A stretch of 63,813 nucleotides of DNA, the filler included, from Reclinomonas americana ATCC 50394 (Eukaryota): NCBI GenBank assembly GCA_048213135.1. It is 5 parts of 3 records of this genome, joined end to end, with 100 filler letters (N's around TTAATTAATTAA, not from the genome) between each part and the next. Parts side by side here need not be neighbours in the genome. Positions count along the whole stretch, not along the records: positions 26,813 to 47,194 come from PS015306.1; positions 47,295 to 56,259 come from PS015308.1; positions 56,360 to 59,738 come from PS015309.1; 2 more parts are not named here. One strand, given 5' to 3'. The notes under the pieces were generated by a model, which was not told the DNA's origin, searched no databases, and saw only the letters and a program-made list of their open reading frames with translations. The position numbers and the translations under genes were made by a program. Position 1 is the first letter of the stretch. Each line of letters begins with the position of its first letter. This document shows, piece after piece, positions 45,786-57,150 of the stretch.

Positions 45786-47144
45786 CTAGCTCCCGCGCAT
45801 CATCTCAACGACGACCTGCAACACCGACACGGGAAATACGCGTGCCGGCCTACAGTTATCCACGCCATCCAGCACGATGTACCCGCGATCGTTCAAGTGC
45901 AGCAGCGCAAACACGAACGCGCCTTCTCCCTCGCCCCCGCCCCCGCCCCCGCCGCCCGCCTTCCACACGCTCATCGACTCCTCGTAGGTAAGCGCCTTGA
46001 ACATTGTCCACACGGCCTCGTCGGAGACAATATTCTTCTCGACCTGCAGCGCATCCACAATCCACTTGTTCTTCTCGGCCATTTTGTTGTGGAGAAGCGC
46101 GGCGAGCAAATCGCCATACTTGTTCTTCTCGCCACCATCGCTGCTCCTGTCGTCAGTCGCGCCCGACGCGGACGCCACCACGCGCTCCAGCGCCCGCATC
46201 GACGAACCGACCATGAACACGCACAGGCGCGCAATCCTCCTCCTCCGGCACGCATCGTCACAACCTTTCGCCTCCAGCATCGCAACTGCCGTGTCAATGT
46301 CGACGGGCGTACTGCTGTGGACGCCCAATGTGCGGTACTTGGTGCCGTTGAAGTTGGGCGCCCCGCGCAGCCGCGGGTACTCTTGCCGCACCGCCTCGTT
46401 GCCGTTGCAGGTGACGAGGAGCGGGAGGATGGCGGCCGAGGTGCAGAGGTTGGTGGAGATGCGGCCGCTGGCCTGGTCGCCGAGGAATGCAAGTTCGTGG
46501 AGGGTGAACAGGGCCTTGTCGTACGCTCGTCCGGCCGCCCCCCCAAGCCGGTACAACTGGTCGAGATCGTCCACGAGAAGCAAGAGGCGCCGGTCGTGCT
46601 CCGCCAGCGCGCCGATCAGCGCAACGCCAGGCTGATGATTCGAATGGAGCGGCACGCGGATGCCGTGCACGGCGGCGAGCTGCTCGGCCACCACCTCCAG
46701 CAGGCTCTTCTCCGCAAACGGACTCTGCATCACGTCGGCGAAGCTGACGTAGACCGGGATAATGTCGGGGAAGATGACAGGGCACAGAGCCGCCCAAGAG
46801 CGCACAATGCACGTCATCCCCATGCCCTGGGAGCCGACAAACAGCGTGTTGCCGATGCCGCGCTTCCCGGCGTACCGGTTGCTCGAGAGGTTGCCGGAGA
46901 CTGTCATCAGACACTGGTACATCTCGTGGTGCGTGAGCGTCTTGTAGCAGGGCGTGCGGCCGGAAAAGTGCACTTCCGCCTCCGCGGATTGCCCGATGCG
47001 GTCAATGGCGCACATCACATCGTCGGGAGTCGGCCGAGGGCCGAGATCGCCGACCGCGCGCCGGACGAGGTCTGTCGAGGCTCTCGAGGGCGACCAGACG
47101 GCGGTGAGGTGACGCAGGTGGCGGAGCAGGGGAGGTGCGAGCAT
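45786..47144 (-). CDS. Intronless P-loop NTPase (STAND/AAA-like) with a degenerate Walker A
   Basis: 452-aa uninterrupted GC-rich ORF. Walker A-like LFVGSQGMGMT, VYVSF strand, Walker B LLLLVDDLD, and a C-terminal winged-helix-like LLHLNDRGYI. Confidence 0.7.
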   Translation of the reverse strand: MLAPPLLRHLRHLTAVWSPSRASTDLVRRAVGDLGPRPTPDDVMCAIDRIGQSAEAEVHFSGRTPCYKTLTHHEMYQCLMTVSGNLSSNRYAGKRGIGNTLFVGSQGMGMTCIVRSWAALCPVIFPDIIPVYVSFADVMQSPFAEKSLLEVVAEQLAAVHGIRVPLHSNHQPGVALIGALAEHDRRLLLLVDDLDQLYRLGGAAGRAYDKALFTLHELAFLGDQASGRISTNLCTSAAILPLLVTCNGNEAVRQEYPRLRGAPNFNGTKYRTLGVHSSTPVDIDTAVAMLEAKGCDDACRRRRIARLCVFMVGSSMRALERVVASASGATDDRSSDGGEKNKYGDLLAALLHNKMAEKNKWIVDALQVEKNIVSDEAVWTMFKALTYEESMSVWKAGGGGGGGGEGEGAFVFALLHLNDRGYIVLDGVDNCRPARVFPVSVLQVVVEMMRGS

Positions 47145-47336
47145 GTGCTGATGAGGGGGAGGGAGAGATGGGGAGTGAGGGTGGGGGGGGGGGGNNNNNN
47201 NNNNNNNNNNNNNNNNNNNNNNNNNNNNNNNNNNNNNNTTAATTAATTAANNNNNNNNNNNNNNNNNNNNNNNNNNNNNNNNNNNNNNNNNNNNGCGCGT
47301 GTGCGCATATGTGAGTACATTTTCACGATAAAAATG

Positions 47337-50300
47337 TCAGACATCGGAGATTACCAGTCGCGCTGCTCCGAGTCTGCTCAATCGTGTCTGCATGGCCTGT
47401 ACTGCCTTGGCACTGTCATTGTCAGCCTCCTTCTCCTTGATGCGAGTGATGGTGCGAGTCAGCACTCGCAAACACATGGAGTACAAATTGGTCATCTTGT
47501 CGGTGAGTCCGGTCTCCGACAGAGCCAGCATTTGACTATAGCACGTAACAGAAATGGATGATGAGCAGATCCAACGGCAACTCAGGACGGAAGAGTCTCC
47601 GCACACACGAAGTACCTCAGCAGCGTGATGAGTCGAGCCGCCTGCACGTCCTGCGTGGCGAAGATGGCAGAGAGGCGATCGAACTCGTCCATCAGACCGG
47701 AGTGAGCCGACCTGTTCACACGTTTGTAGCGGTCAACAAACACAACTCACATTCCGACTCGCAAGAATACAAGAGAGACATCAGCGAAACGCACAGACTC
47801 AGCAAAAAGTCGCCAATGTCTTCGGCGAGCGACTCTTCGACCGACATGGTGCTCGTCGCACCCTGACCAGTGCCACTGCGGAACAGCGAGAACGGGAAGT
47901 GCTGTGGCGCATAGAAACGTGAGTAACGAGAGTGTACGCGCTTACAACAAAATCAACGTCACGCGCGCAACTACAGTCGGTGCTGCTCCCGTGTTCTGCA
48001 ACAGCAATACAACGGCGGTGAGTCCTCAGTCACTCATCACCAAAGAAAGGTAGCAATGAACGCAACAGAGAATCCAGCCTTGGACATGCTCTGGCGCGCA
48101 CGGCTCACTGCGGTCTGCTCGTCCGGTGTCGATGCGAGCAGTTCAATGTGCATCAGCTGATCGGCCAGATCAACATTCAGCTCCAAGTCCGCCGGCCTGA
48201 GTTTTGTGTAAGCACAAGGGCAAGAGGCATGCATGGGCGTGCATACGCACACACTACGTACCCACGCAGTTTTTCCACGGCCGGATTCTTGTACAGAGAG
48301 GCAACGAACGGCAGCACACACTTGAAAATGTATGTCCTGTATGTTTCTCGTTCCTTTCGTCGTTGCTTGATCTGCAAGCGTGACAGTGAGCATGTAACGA
48401 AGCTGCGCACACTTTCGTCATTGTCAAACGTACCATCTCGTCAGTGCCCATGGTGGACCGACGCGAGACCAGCGGAGCCATGCTGACCTGGCGTCTAGTG
48501 ACCTTGCCGCCAACTCCGCCGTCGTTGGTCGCCGACCAGCAGTCCAACGATGACGATGTAGACGTGCGGCGAACCACTGGTGGTGGACTCATGACTGCTC
48601 CAGGCATGGTGGCCGTGTAAATCGAGCTCGAGTTCTGCCTGGCCAGCGGCAGTCCACGGCGCGACGTCTCGCTCCGCGGTAGTCCCGACGGTGGTGGCAT
48701 AGGCCCTCGCGCTCCTGTCAACGCACCATTGTCGCGTTCCACTGGCGAGAAGACGTTGATCACGTCGCTTGCCACTCGCGCTACGGGCGGCAATGCCGGA
48801 ACGACCACACCAGCTGGCGGTCCGTGGTTCAAATGTGACGACTGTGCCTGACTGTTGCCGTTCCACACCTGGCGAATACCCTGCAACTCCATGACAGTGG
48901 TCCTCTTTGCCAGATGCGGACGACCGCCAAAGCCCTGCACACGAGTGGCAGCGGCGGCACTAGCCACGTTCTCGTCGTCTGTATCGCCATCTTCTCCGTC
49001 GTCACTGCCGGTCGCTCCTGCAACATTGCCATGATCGCCAACCGCCACCAAACTCGAATCCGAATCTGCGCAAGACAAAAAGGGGACATGCGCATGGTGG
49101 TGAGACAATGGCGAAACAAACAGCAGACACATTGTGTCTCAAAAGGCCCTTTTGTCGTACCGTCGTCGTCTCCACCACCAGCGGCCTCCTCCAGGGCATT
49201 CAACACTGCCAGCCGAGTAGACCCAACGGAGGACATGGCATCGTCGGCCCCGGCACCACCGCTCTTGAGTGCTGGCGAGGCTTGTCGCGGGAACTCGCGA
49301 TCAGCGGCGCCAAACTGCAGCGAGTGCCGGTGGTGCTGCAGTCGCAGAATAGTGGTGCGTCGCCGCTCCAACTCTTCGTCTACCACAGTCGATTGCACGG
49401 GTGCCACCAGCGTCAGTGGCTCCGCACTCGGTACCGCCGTCTCGTCATCATTGTCGTGAGTGACGCCATCGTCACCGGCATCAGCTTCTTCCGTCAAGCG
49501 TCGTGCCTCTGCCTCCTGCAGCCGTTGCTGCTCCTCCTCCTGTCGGTGTTGTGCCTCGGCCAGGTAACGCTCCAGCTCCACGAGACGTGCCATCTCGCCC
49601 ACAATGCTGCGCAGCAGCAGTCGGATACGCGGCACCTCGTGAATCAGCGACGTCGACTGCTCCGTGTTCATGTACACCTCAAGAAGGAAGTCGAGAAGCG
49701 GGCCCTTGACTTCCAGCACAATGTGCGGGTCGTCAAGGAGATGACGAAAGACCTCTTGCGGCGGGAACCATGCCTGGCACTTGAGCTCCGTCTGCAGGGG
49801 TGATCGGCGAGTGAGTTAGCACGCTGCACAGGCGCAGAGAGGGAGGGAGAAGGAGGAAAGCGTGAAGAACGCAACATAGTAGTTCTTGCCCTTGGAGCAG
49901 AGAGTGAGGACATTGAGAAGTGCAATGTGGTATGCCAGCAGGCCGTCGTCCGGATGAGTCTCGTGGTCTCTGTCGCGCATCAGTTCCGACCTGCCAGTTG
50001 CGCAAGAGATTAGTGTCTCGAAGGAGAACAGTACGCACACACCTGCAAGGTGACAAGAACACACCGCAATGCAAAGCCATCGTCGCCGCGGAAGAGAACA
50101 AGGGCTCGACTTTCTCGCTCCGCGAGGGCGCGGAGGACCAAGTTTTGGTTGCGCTGGATCGGTTGGCTGCCGACACTGAGAATGCACTGTGTGGTACACG
50201 CAGATGTGAGCGCGCGCNNNNNNNNNNNNNNNNNNNNCAGCTCGTAGATGCTGAGCATGAGGTTTTGCTCCTCTTCTGCCGACTCGTCGTCCGTCAGTGG

Positions 50301-53300
50301 CATCTGCAGGAACGAAACCAAAAGGTCGAGAGTGCCAAGGTCGCGCAGCAGATTCTGCTTCTGGCGTCGGTCGCCGCCCTGTTGCAGCTCTGCAAAGACG
50401 GAGAGTGATCAATGATGGGCACGCGTGCAGACAGCAGAGCGGGCACGTACCGAGAATGAGATCGCGAACCAAACAGTTGGCCTCCTGCTCCTCGCCGAGT
50501 GTCAACACGCTGCCACCGGCATAACACGAGAGTTCGTCGACGATGCGTTTGAGCGAGCGATACAGCACAATGCTCCGCTCGGTGAGGATGTGAATGGCCT
50601 TGGCGCGCGTCAACAGCTCCTCCATCTGCCCGTGTGAACGGAACAGCAAGTCGAAGGCAGCCGTGCGAAGTGGCGTGTACCGGTACTGACACAGGTCGAG
50701 GAACATGGCGTCGAGCTCGGCGTGCGGCACGAAAAAGTCGTGTTGCTGAAACGAGGGGATGAGAGATCGAACCAGAAAGACGTCTACCCACATGTGCATG
50801 TGCAGCAGACACACGCACCTTGAGCAGAAACTGCAATTGCGCTTCCAAGTCGATCGTCCGACCGGCTTTGAAGAGAGCCAAGAAGTGGGTGATGCGCGAG
50901 TTGAGCCGCACGTCATACAGCGAGGACAGAATACGGACGGCCTCCAGTTTGCAGTTCTACAGCACACGGTGATGCTGTGAGATGAAGGACAGTGGAAGGT
51001 GTGCGGCATCCACCACGCGCGCACATACCATGATGAGCAAGTTGTTCTCCGTTTCAGAGAAGCGCGCGCTAAAGTTGCTCTCGCGCGAGTAATCATCGAA
51101 ACGGCCGTCCATGACACCAACAATGCTGCGTGCAACTGCGCCCGCCACTTGCAGGTTGCGCAGCAGGCCTTGACGCACCATGACTCCAAGAATCTTCAGC
51201 AGCTGTTGTCGCAGTGGATGTGAGACTCGGTTACCAGCGGCGACTTAGTCGTTGTCTGCCACGCAACTGTTAACGAAAACGCATTCTCCTCGACTTGATG
51301 CAGCCGCTGCGGTGAGCTCTGCAGAATGTGCTGCAGCGAAAAGTCGATCAAGCGCGCAAGACTGCGAACAGCCTCCTGGCGACCGGCTCCAGACAGCGAC
51401 TGCAGTGATACACCTTGGTCCTCTTGTAGCCGCAGGCCCTGCACTGCTGTGTGAGACAAGCAGTAGGGATTCAACACACTAAACCGTGTACGCGCACTTA
51501 CCTCATCGACCGCCTCTGTCATGTTGTCAATCCTCGTGGAGAGCGAAACAACACTGCTGGGAGCGGTCAATCGAGGACGCGCTGGTGCCACTAGCTGGGT
51601 ATTGCGAGCACGGCTGGCTCGCATATCGCCCTCCTGTATTTGAATGTCGCCAGTGGTGGTATGGTCGACCTCGTGCCATATCTGCGAATTCGCCTGTGAG
51701 CCAAGCGAACGGTCGCGATCACCCGGGATGAGACGCGAGCATACCCTGACTGGCTCCACCAGCGGCATGTCTTCCAGGGCGCCCAGATGGACAATGTGCA
51801 TCAGTGTTGCAAAGCGTGTGCGAAGGCGGAGATGCACTTGGGGGTTTGACAGCACGTCAAACACGAGCGAGAATGGCAGAATCTCCGAAATGTGTGACAC
51901 ACACGGTCGCGGCCGATTCTGTGCGACACAACAAGAAGGCACGCAAGTGGTCAGCCTTTCGTCTGTTCACAAAACTCTTGCCGCCAGCAGCCATCATTCG
52001 TACCACACAGAGTAAGCCGTACAGGCGGATCTGTTCCAAAAAGTATTCCACCAACTCGCTCTCGCCATCTGCGCGAAAGAGGGAGGGAGTGAGGCAACGT
52101 GCATGCAGGAGGAGGCAGAAGAAAAGTTTTAGTGTTCGCACAATGCAAAAAGTCGGCCAATGGTAGCCGGCGTGCCTGCCCTTCATGATCGTACTCCACG
52201 TAGAGACCCTTGTCGGGTAGCCGACGAACGTGCACCTGGACTCGCGGCATGGCCTTGACAAAGTGCTCGAGGATGAACAACTGCGACGGACAAAGTGCAT
52301 TGTTGAGTAGAATGCCGTCGCCAGCTGACAATGTGACAGAATAACCTGATTCTTTGTCACTCCACTGACATCCTCGCATACACACAGAGTGCACAACAGG
52401 CTCATGTATCTGTTTCGGAAGCGACAATGAGGAAGTGTGCCGTCGTGCAGTGCACGAACACTCACACCACATACCTGGCCTTTCGGCCGCACAGCAGTGG
52501 GAGGTCAACAAAGAACTGCAGTTCTTGATTGGTCTGTGACAGTGGAAAGTGAAAAGTGAGATGCGAGAGGTGAGAGGGAACTTTTCGGAAGCAAGCACGT
52601 TATTACCATTTCTTCGAGAAGCGTGAGGTTGTCCTTGTAGATCTCCATCAGCTGTAGAATGAACGCTGTCAGCAACGTACGTGGAATGTTGCACTAGTGA
52701 TGCTGCTCACCGTCAACGCAATCTCCTCCTCGTAGCCGAGCTGGTCTTGCATGAACTGTAATGACATTCATAATCAGTGGTTGTGACGGACCTAGTTGTT
52801 GCTGACAAGCGCACACACCTTGGCCATTGGACGGAGGTGTTCCCGATTCTTCCGATAGTCCTTGGCAAACTGCTTCATGAGGCGGTACACCAGTCGCACA
52901 ACATCGTGTACGTGTCGACTGCGAGAGTCGTCCATCGCGTACGATTCGTTGCGGAAGATGGCCACGAGCACGCGATGACAGAGCAGGATGACCTGCCATG
53001 TTCACAAACAATATCCGCATTGGCAAAGATGATAGGGGGGGGACACAAGCCTGTCGTTACGGCCAGCACACACCTTGCGTTCACGGAGTAGCTTTTGGTG
53101 CGCGCGAATCGGTAGACCCTCGCGTGTGAACGGGTTGGTGTCGGTGGACTCGGTGCAGAAGAGAATGAGCAGAGTGAGGACTTGACGGACCGGCTGCGTC
53201 TGCTCGCGAGACGGCAGACCAGGTTGTTGCATCTGCACATGCACGCGCAAAGGGTGAATAGGGGGAGCGCAACATGAGCGCCCCTCCGATGAGTGACACG

Positions 53301-54497
53301 TACCAGGACAATGAAATCACTGAGCGGCCGCGACAGCATCACCACCAGGCTGAGGTCGGCCACCACGTCAGGCGGAACTCCGACCAGAGCAAACGCGTCC
53401 TCGTCCATCGGCAGCGCCGACAGCGACAACTGGACTTGTCCGCCACCGTACTTGATGAAACTACCGACGCCCTGATGGACCAGCGGCGGTGGTTGGTTGG
53501 CCTGCTGAGGTCGGCTGCGTGGAGTCCACGTCGATGCAAACTTCATCTTGCGCTTTCGTTCGTCCAGGGTGAGGAGGAAACCGCGTGTCTCACGGTGCCG
53601 GATGCGGACGAAATCATCAATGTTGATGATACCATCGCCTTGGTACACCGGCGCAAAATCTGGACGCAAAACAGCACTGTGTGAGCTCGCTTGGTAGCTG
53701 ACGACGGTCACCGACCGCATCTCCGCTTAACTGAAGACACAGGAGGGGTCGTCACGATTGGCCGTAAGCAGCACGGCGTGTGTCCGACCAGCAGCATCTG
53801 CGCACGCGCAGGTCAAAAACAACACAACCGACCAAGTTGGTTGAAATGAGGGATAGTACCTCGCAGGATGGCATTCAAATGGTTGTTGGCGGTCTCTGGG
53901 GCCTCGGAGATCATCGACCCATCAAGCCCGCGCGGGGTGAGTTCCGATCGTTTCCGTTGCTGCGAGGCATTTTTAGTGGTGACCAGTGCGTTACTGGGCG
54001 CGACGCACGACTCACCCGACTGAGAGCGCCGGGAGGCAATGTCGAGTCGGATGGGTTCGCTACGCTCTGACGGTGACCTGCACTGCGGTCCTTCTCTGCT
54101 TTGACTGACAGGTACAGTCCCGAGGCCATGTGTCGCAGCAGGAATGAGCTGTCCCACGTCGCGATACCACCTGCAAAGACAACAACGATTCAGCAGCACG
54201 AATCAGCAACATCAGTCATGTGTGTAGACCTGTCATGGGGTCCTCGAACTCCAGTTGAAACATCAGATTGGAGCTCATGTGCGACGCCTTGCTGTTGCTT
54301 GTCGACTGCGATGAGGTGCGCTCGTCCGCGCCATTGCCACCGCCGCTACCACAGCCAGTGACCTTGACAAATACTCGACTGTGCTCGGTGCCGGAACCAC
54401 ACAGGTAGCCACCCAGCTCCTTGTGAAACAAGTACATGACACTGCCGGATTTCAACTGCGAGATGGAGCAGGGAGAGTTCAGCGGGAGTACGCAGTG

Positions 54498-54546
<49 letters not shown>

Positions 54547-56207
54547 CCAACGACAACGAAATGACACATTCGCCTGTGGTGGAGTGTACGGCTCATACAG
54601 CAGCGAGGNNNNNNNNNNNNNNNNNNNNNNNNNNNNNNNNNNNNNNNNNNNNNNNNNNNNNNNNNNNNNNNNNNNNNNNNNNNNNNNNNNNNNNNNNNNN
54701 NNNNNNNNNNNNNNNNNNNNNNNNNNNNNNNNNNNNNNNNNNNNNNNNNNNNNNNNNNNNNNNNNNNNNNNNNNNNNNNNNNNNNNNNNNNNNNNNNNNN
54801 NNNNNNNNNNNNNNNNNNNNNNNNNNNNNNNNNNNNNNNNNNNNNNNNNNNNNNNNNNNNNNNNNNNNNNNNNNNNNNNNNNNNNNNNNNNNNNNNNNNN
54901 NNNNNNNNNNNNNNNNNNNNNNNNNNNNNNNNNNNNNNNNNNNNNNCAACGAAATGCACATTCGCCTGTGGTGGAGTGTACGGCTCATACAGCAGCAGGC
55001 GCCACTTGACCGAGTTTGGTGATGCATTCACCTCCCACGTCTGCATAAAAAAGAGAGAGAAAGAGAGTGAGAAAATGTGAGTGAGTGAGCAGCTCCAAAA
55101 AACACAGCAGCGAGTGCACTCTTACCTTGCTGGCCAGCTCTCGCAGTAGCTCGTAACGTGCATTTTCTTGCGCCATGAGAAGCGTAGAAAACGCCACCGA
55201 TCCCCCTGCCGTTGTGTCCTGGTGGCTGACCGCCATGGCCAAATCGTCGTCGCTGTTCGGCGACGGCCCCGGCTGCGGCTGGAGAAAGAACTTGGCACTC
55301 AGCAGTTGTACCTGATCGCGAATGTGAATCCACTCGCCCTCGTTCACGAGTTTGGTGCCCGGCTTGATGTAGAACGTGGCACCAGAGCACGACTCGGGCA
55401 CAATTCCCAGGCGACTGCATCGCGGATCGCGCACCGACACCTGCATGAACAACGGCGCACATTGGCATCAGCAGGATAAGAAGAATTAGAGAATGCAAGA
55501 TGAGTTGGATGAAAAGAACATGCGAGGTTGCAGGAAAGAGACAGAGCAGGAGATTGACAAGGAAGAGACGAAGTCCTTGAATATCAGGCGAAAGGGAGGG
55601 CGAATGGAGCAACATCAGCCTCTCTCTCCCTCACACTGCTTGTGCCGGCACACTGACCTCGTGCAGCACCGTCAGGAACCCGTTCGACTTGACGTGACGC
55701 AGCTGCACGCTGGCGCCATACTTGACGAGCGAGCCCATGGAGCGACGCATTTCTGTCTCGTTTTCCCGGCGCTCCGCCTCCATTTTCATGTGCAGCGAGA
55801 GCAGTTGCGAGAGGACTGCGCCTTTTTGACTCAGTTCTTGCGGTGGCTGCGACACACAGAGGATCAGCGCATGTAGTCATCGCGTACGCAATGCAGCGCC
55901 ACAGTACCTGCTGGGGATTGAATGACAACAAGCCGTGCCGGTCGAGTGCCTTTTTGTACTTGTCCAGCGCCTGGTGCGACTCCGCTGGCAGCACTTCAAA
56001 CACGCAGTCGCGAAAGTCGGCAGGCGGTGCATCCTGGGAGCCGGCCTTCAAACACACTGTCCAGTCCACCGAGCTGTGTGCAGTCACTGGCGTGTGAGGG
56101 AAATGCAACGCGAATCCGACACATTCAAGTGTGCGCGCTTACCCTTCTGCTGCCAGGAAGCCTTGAACTTCGTGAAAGAGCGAAATGCACGCTCCGTACG
56201 ATAGCAA
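47337..56207 (-). CDS. ITPR: Inositol 1,4,5-trisphosphate receptor (suppressor, MIR and RIH regions); channel domain is missing at the gap
   Basis: Motifs LSYGACISLF, PPADFRDCVFEVLP, VKYGASVQLRHVKSNGFL, WEVNA, RLRHMASGLYL, DEDAFALV, QKLLRE, DYRKN, and QKQNLLRDLG. Confidence 0.9.
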
Positions 56208-56415
56208 CTGTTCCCGGCCAATGTCGCGAATCACGTCGCGCTCGCGCATCGTCGCGGCGNNNNNNNNNNNNNNNNNNNNNNNNNNNNNNNNNNNNNNNNN
56301 NNNTTAATTAATTAANNNNNNNNNNNNNNNNNNNNNNNNNNNNNNNNNNNNNNNNNNNNACATATATATATTCACACAAGCAGACGAGGTCGAGCGTGTG
56401 GAAGACGACGAAACC

Positions 56416-57060
56416 GAAAGTGCGCCCCAGCAATGCCTTGTAATCATAGAGCGTGTCGGCCGAAGACTTTTCGTGCCGGCGGCGACTGACATTGCCGAGA
56501 ATCCACCGACCCGTGGTACACGTAACACAGTTGGCAATGCATGGGGCCTGCAAACCGCAGCGGTCAACAACACGAGTTGCACGAGTGTGAATATGGCCAG
56601 ACAACTCAACTGCATCCTCCTGCAGCATCACAGGCTGTCCCGGCGACGCCACTGTAGTATGACGCAGCACCGACTCTGACAAGTCAGGCTCCCAGAACTC
56701 AGCTCCCTTCGGCACCATCCGCCACGCCTCTCGCGCCTCTCTCAACTCCTCCTCGTACGCCTCCTCCGACTCATCGTCATCTCCATCATCATCATCATCA
56801 TCATCGTCATCGTCGGCACTCGAGTGCGCATCGGTCGTGGCCGCATCAGTGACAGAGTGTGTCGTGTCTGCCGCATCGTGCTGGTGGCGGTGACTGTGCC
56901 GACGCGTCTCTCGCCACTTGCGCAACTCGCCAATCGACACATGACACATCACGTAGCAGCGCAGCAGATCGGTTCCAAAGTCGATGCCCACATAGCCCCG
57001 ATGCTCACCAGCCGCCGCCGCACTGATAATCCCCGGCGGCGCGGCACTGTCGGCGTTCAT
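56416..57060 (-). CDS. Divergent Hsp70-like nucleotide-binding domain, N-terminal part (separate gene or C-terminal part of the SPRY gene); truncated by gap
   Basis: YVGIDFGT at 56971-56994 matches the Hsp70 phosphate-1 motif. WILGNVSRRRHEKSSADTLYDYKALLGRTF resembles Hsp70 RLIGDAAKNQ..NTVFDAKRLIGRKF. Confidence 0.65.
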
Positions 57061-57150
57061 CACACACGCACACAGACAAAAGGACGCGAGCACATATCCA
57101 TGAAATTCACTTTGGCTTTCGCGCGCCTTACAAAAGTCCATCTCCGTCTC

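Noticed and set aside
45543..47246. 567-aa plus-strand ORF
   Set aside because: It is the antisense shadow of the GC-rich NTPase ORF, has no motifs, and runs into a gap.
47239..47250. Palindromic TTAATTAATTAA motif recurring four times
   Set aside because: It is always centred in N runs, so it is an assembly linker. Adjacency across these points is of unknown distance.
54550..54998. About 55-bp direct repeat flanking an N gap in ITPR (apparent exon duplication)
   Set aside because: Most likely unmerged overlapping contig ends. The left copy has indel-like errors next to a microsatellite.
56207..56416. SPRY/Hsp70 gene fused to the IP3 receptor (RyR-like architecture)
   Set aside because: They are separated by a linker gap, and most of the Hsp70 domain is missing there. 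There is no evidence of continuity.
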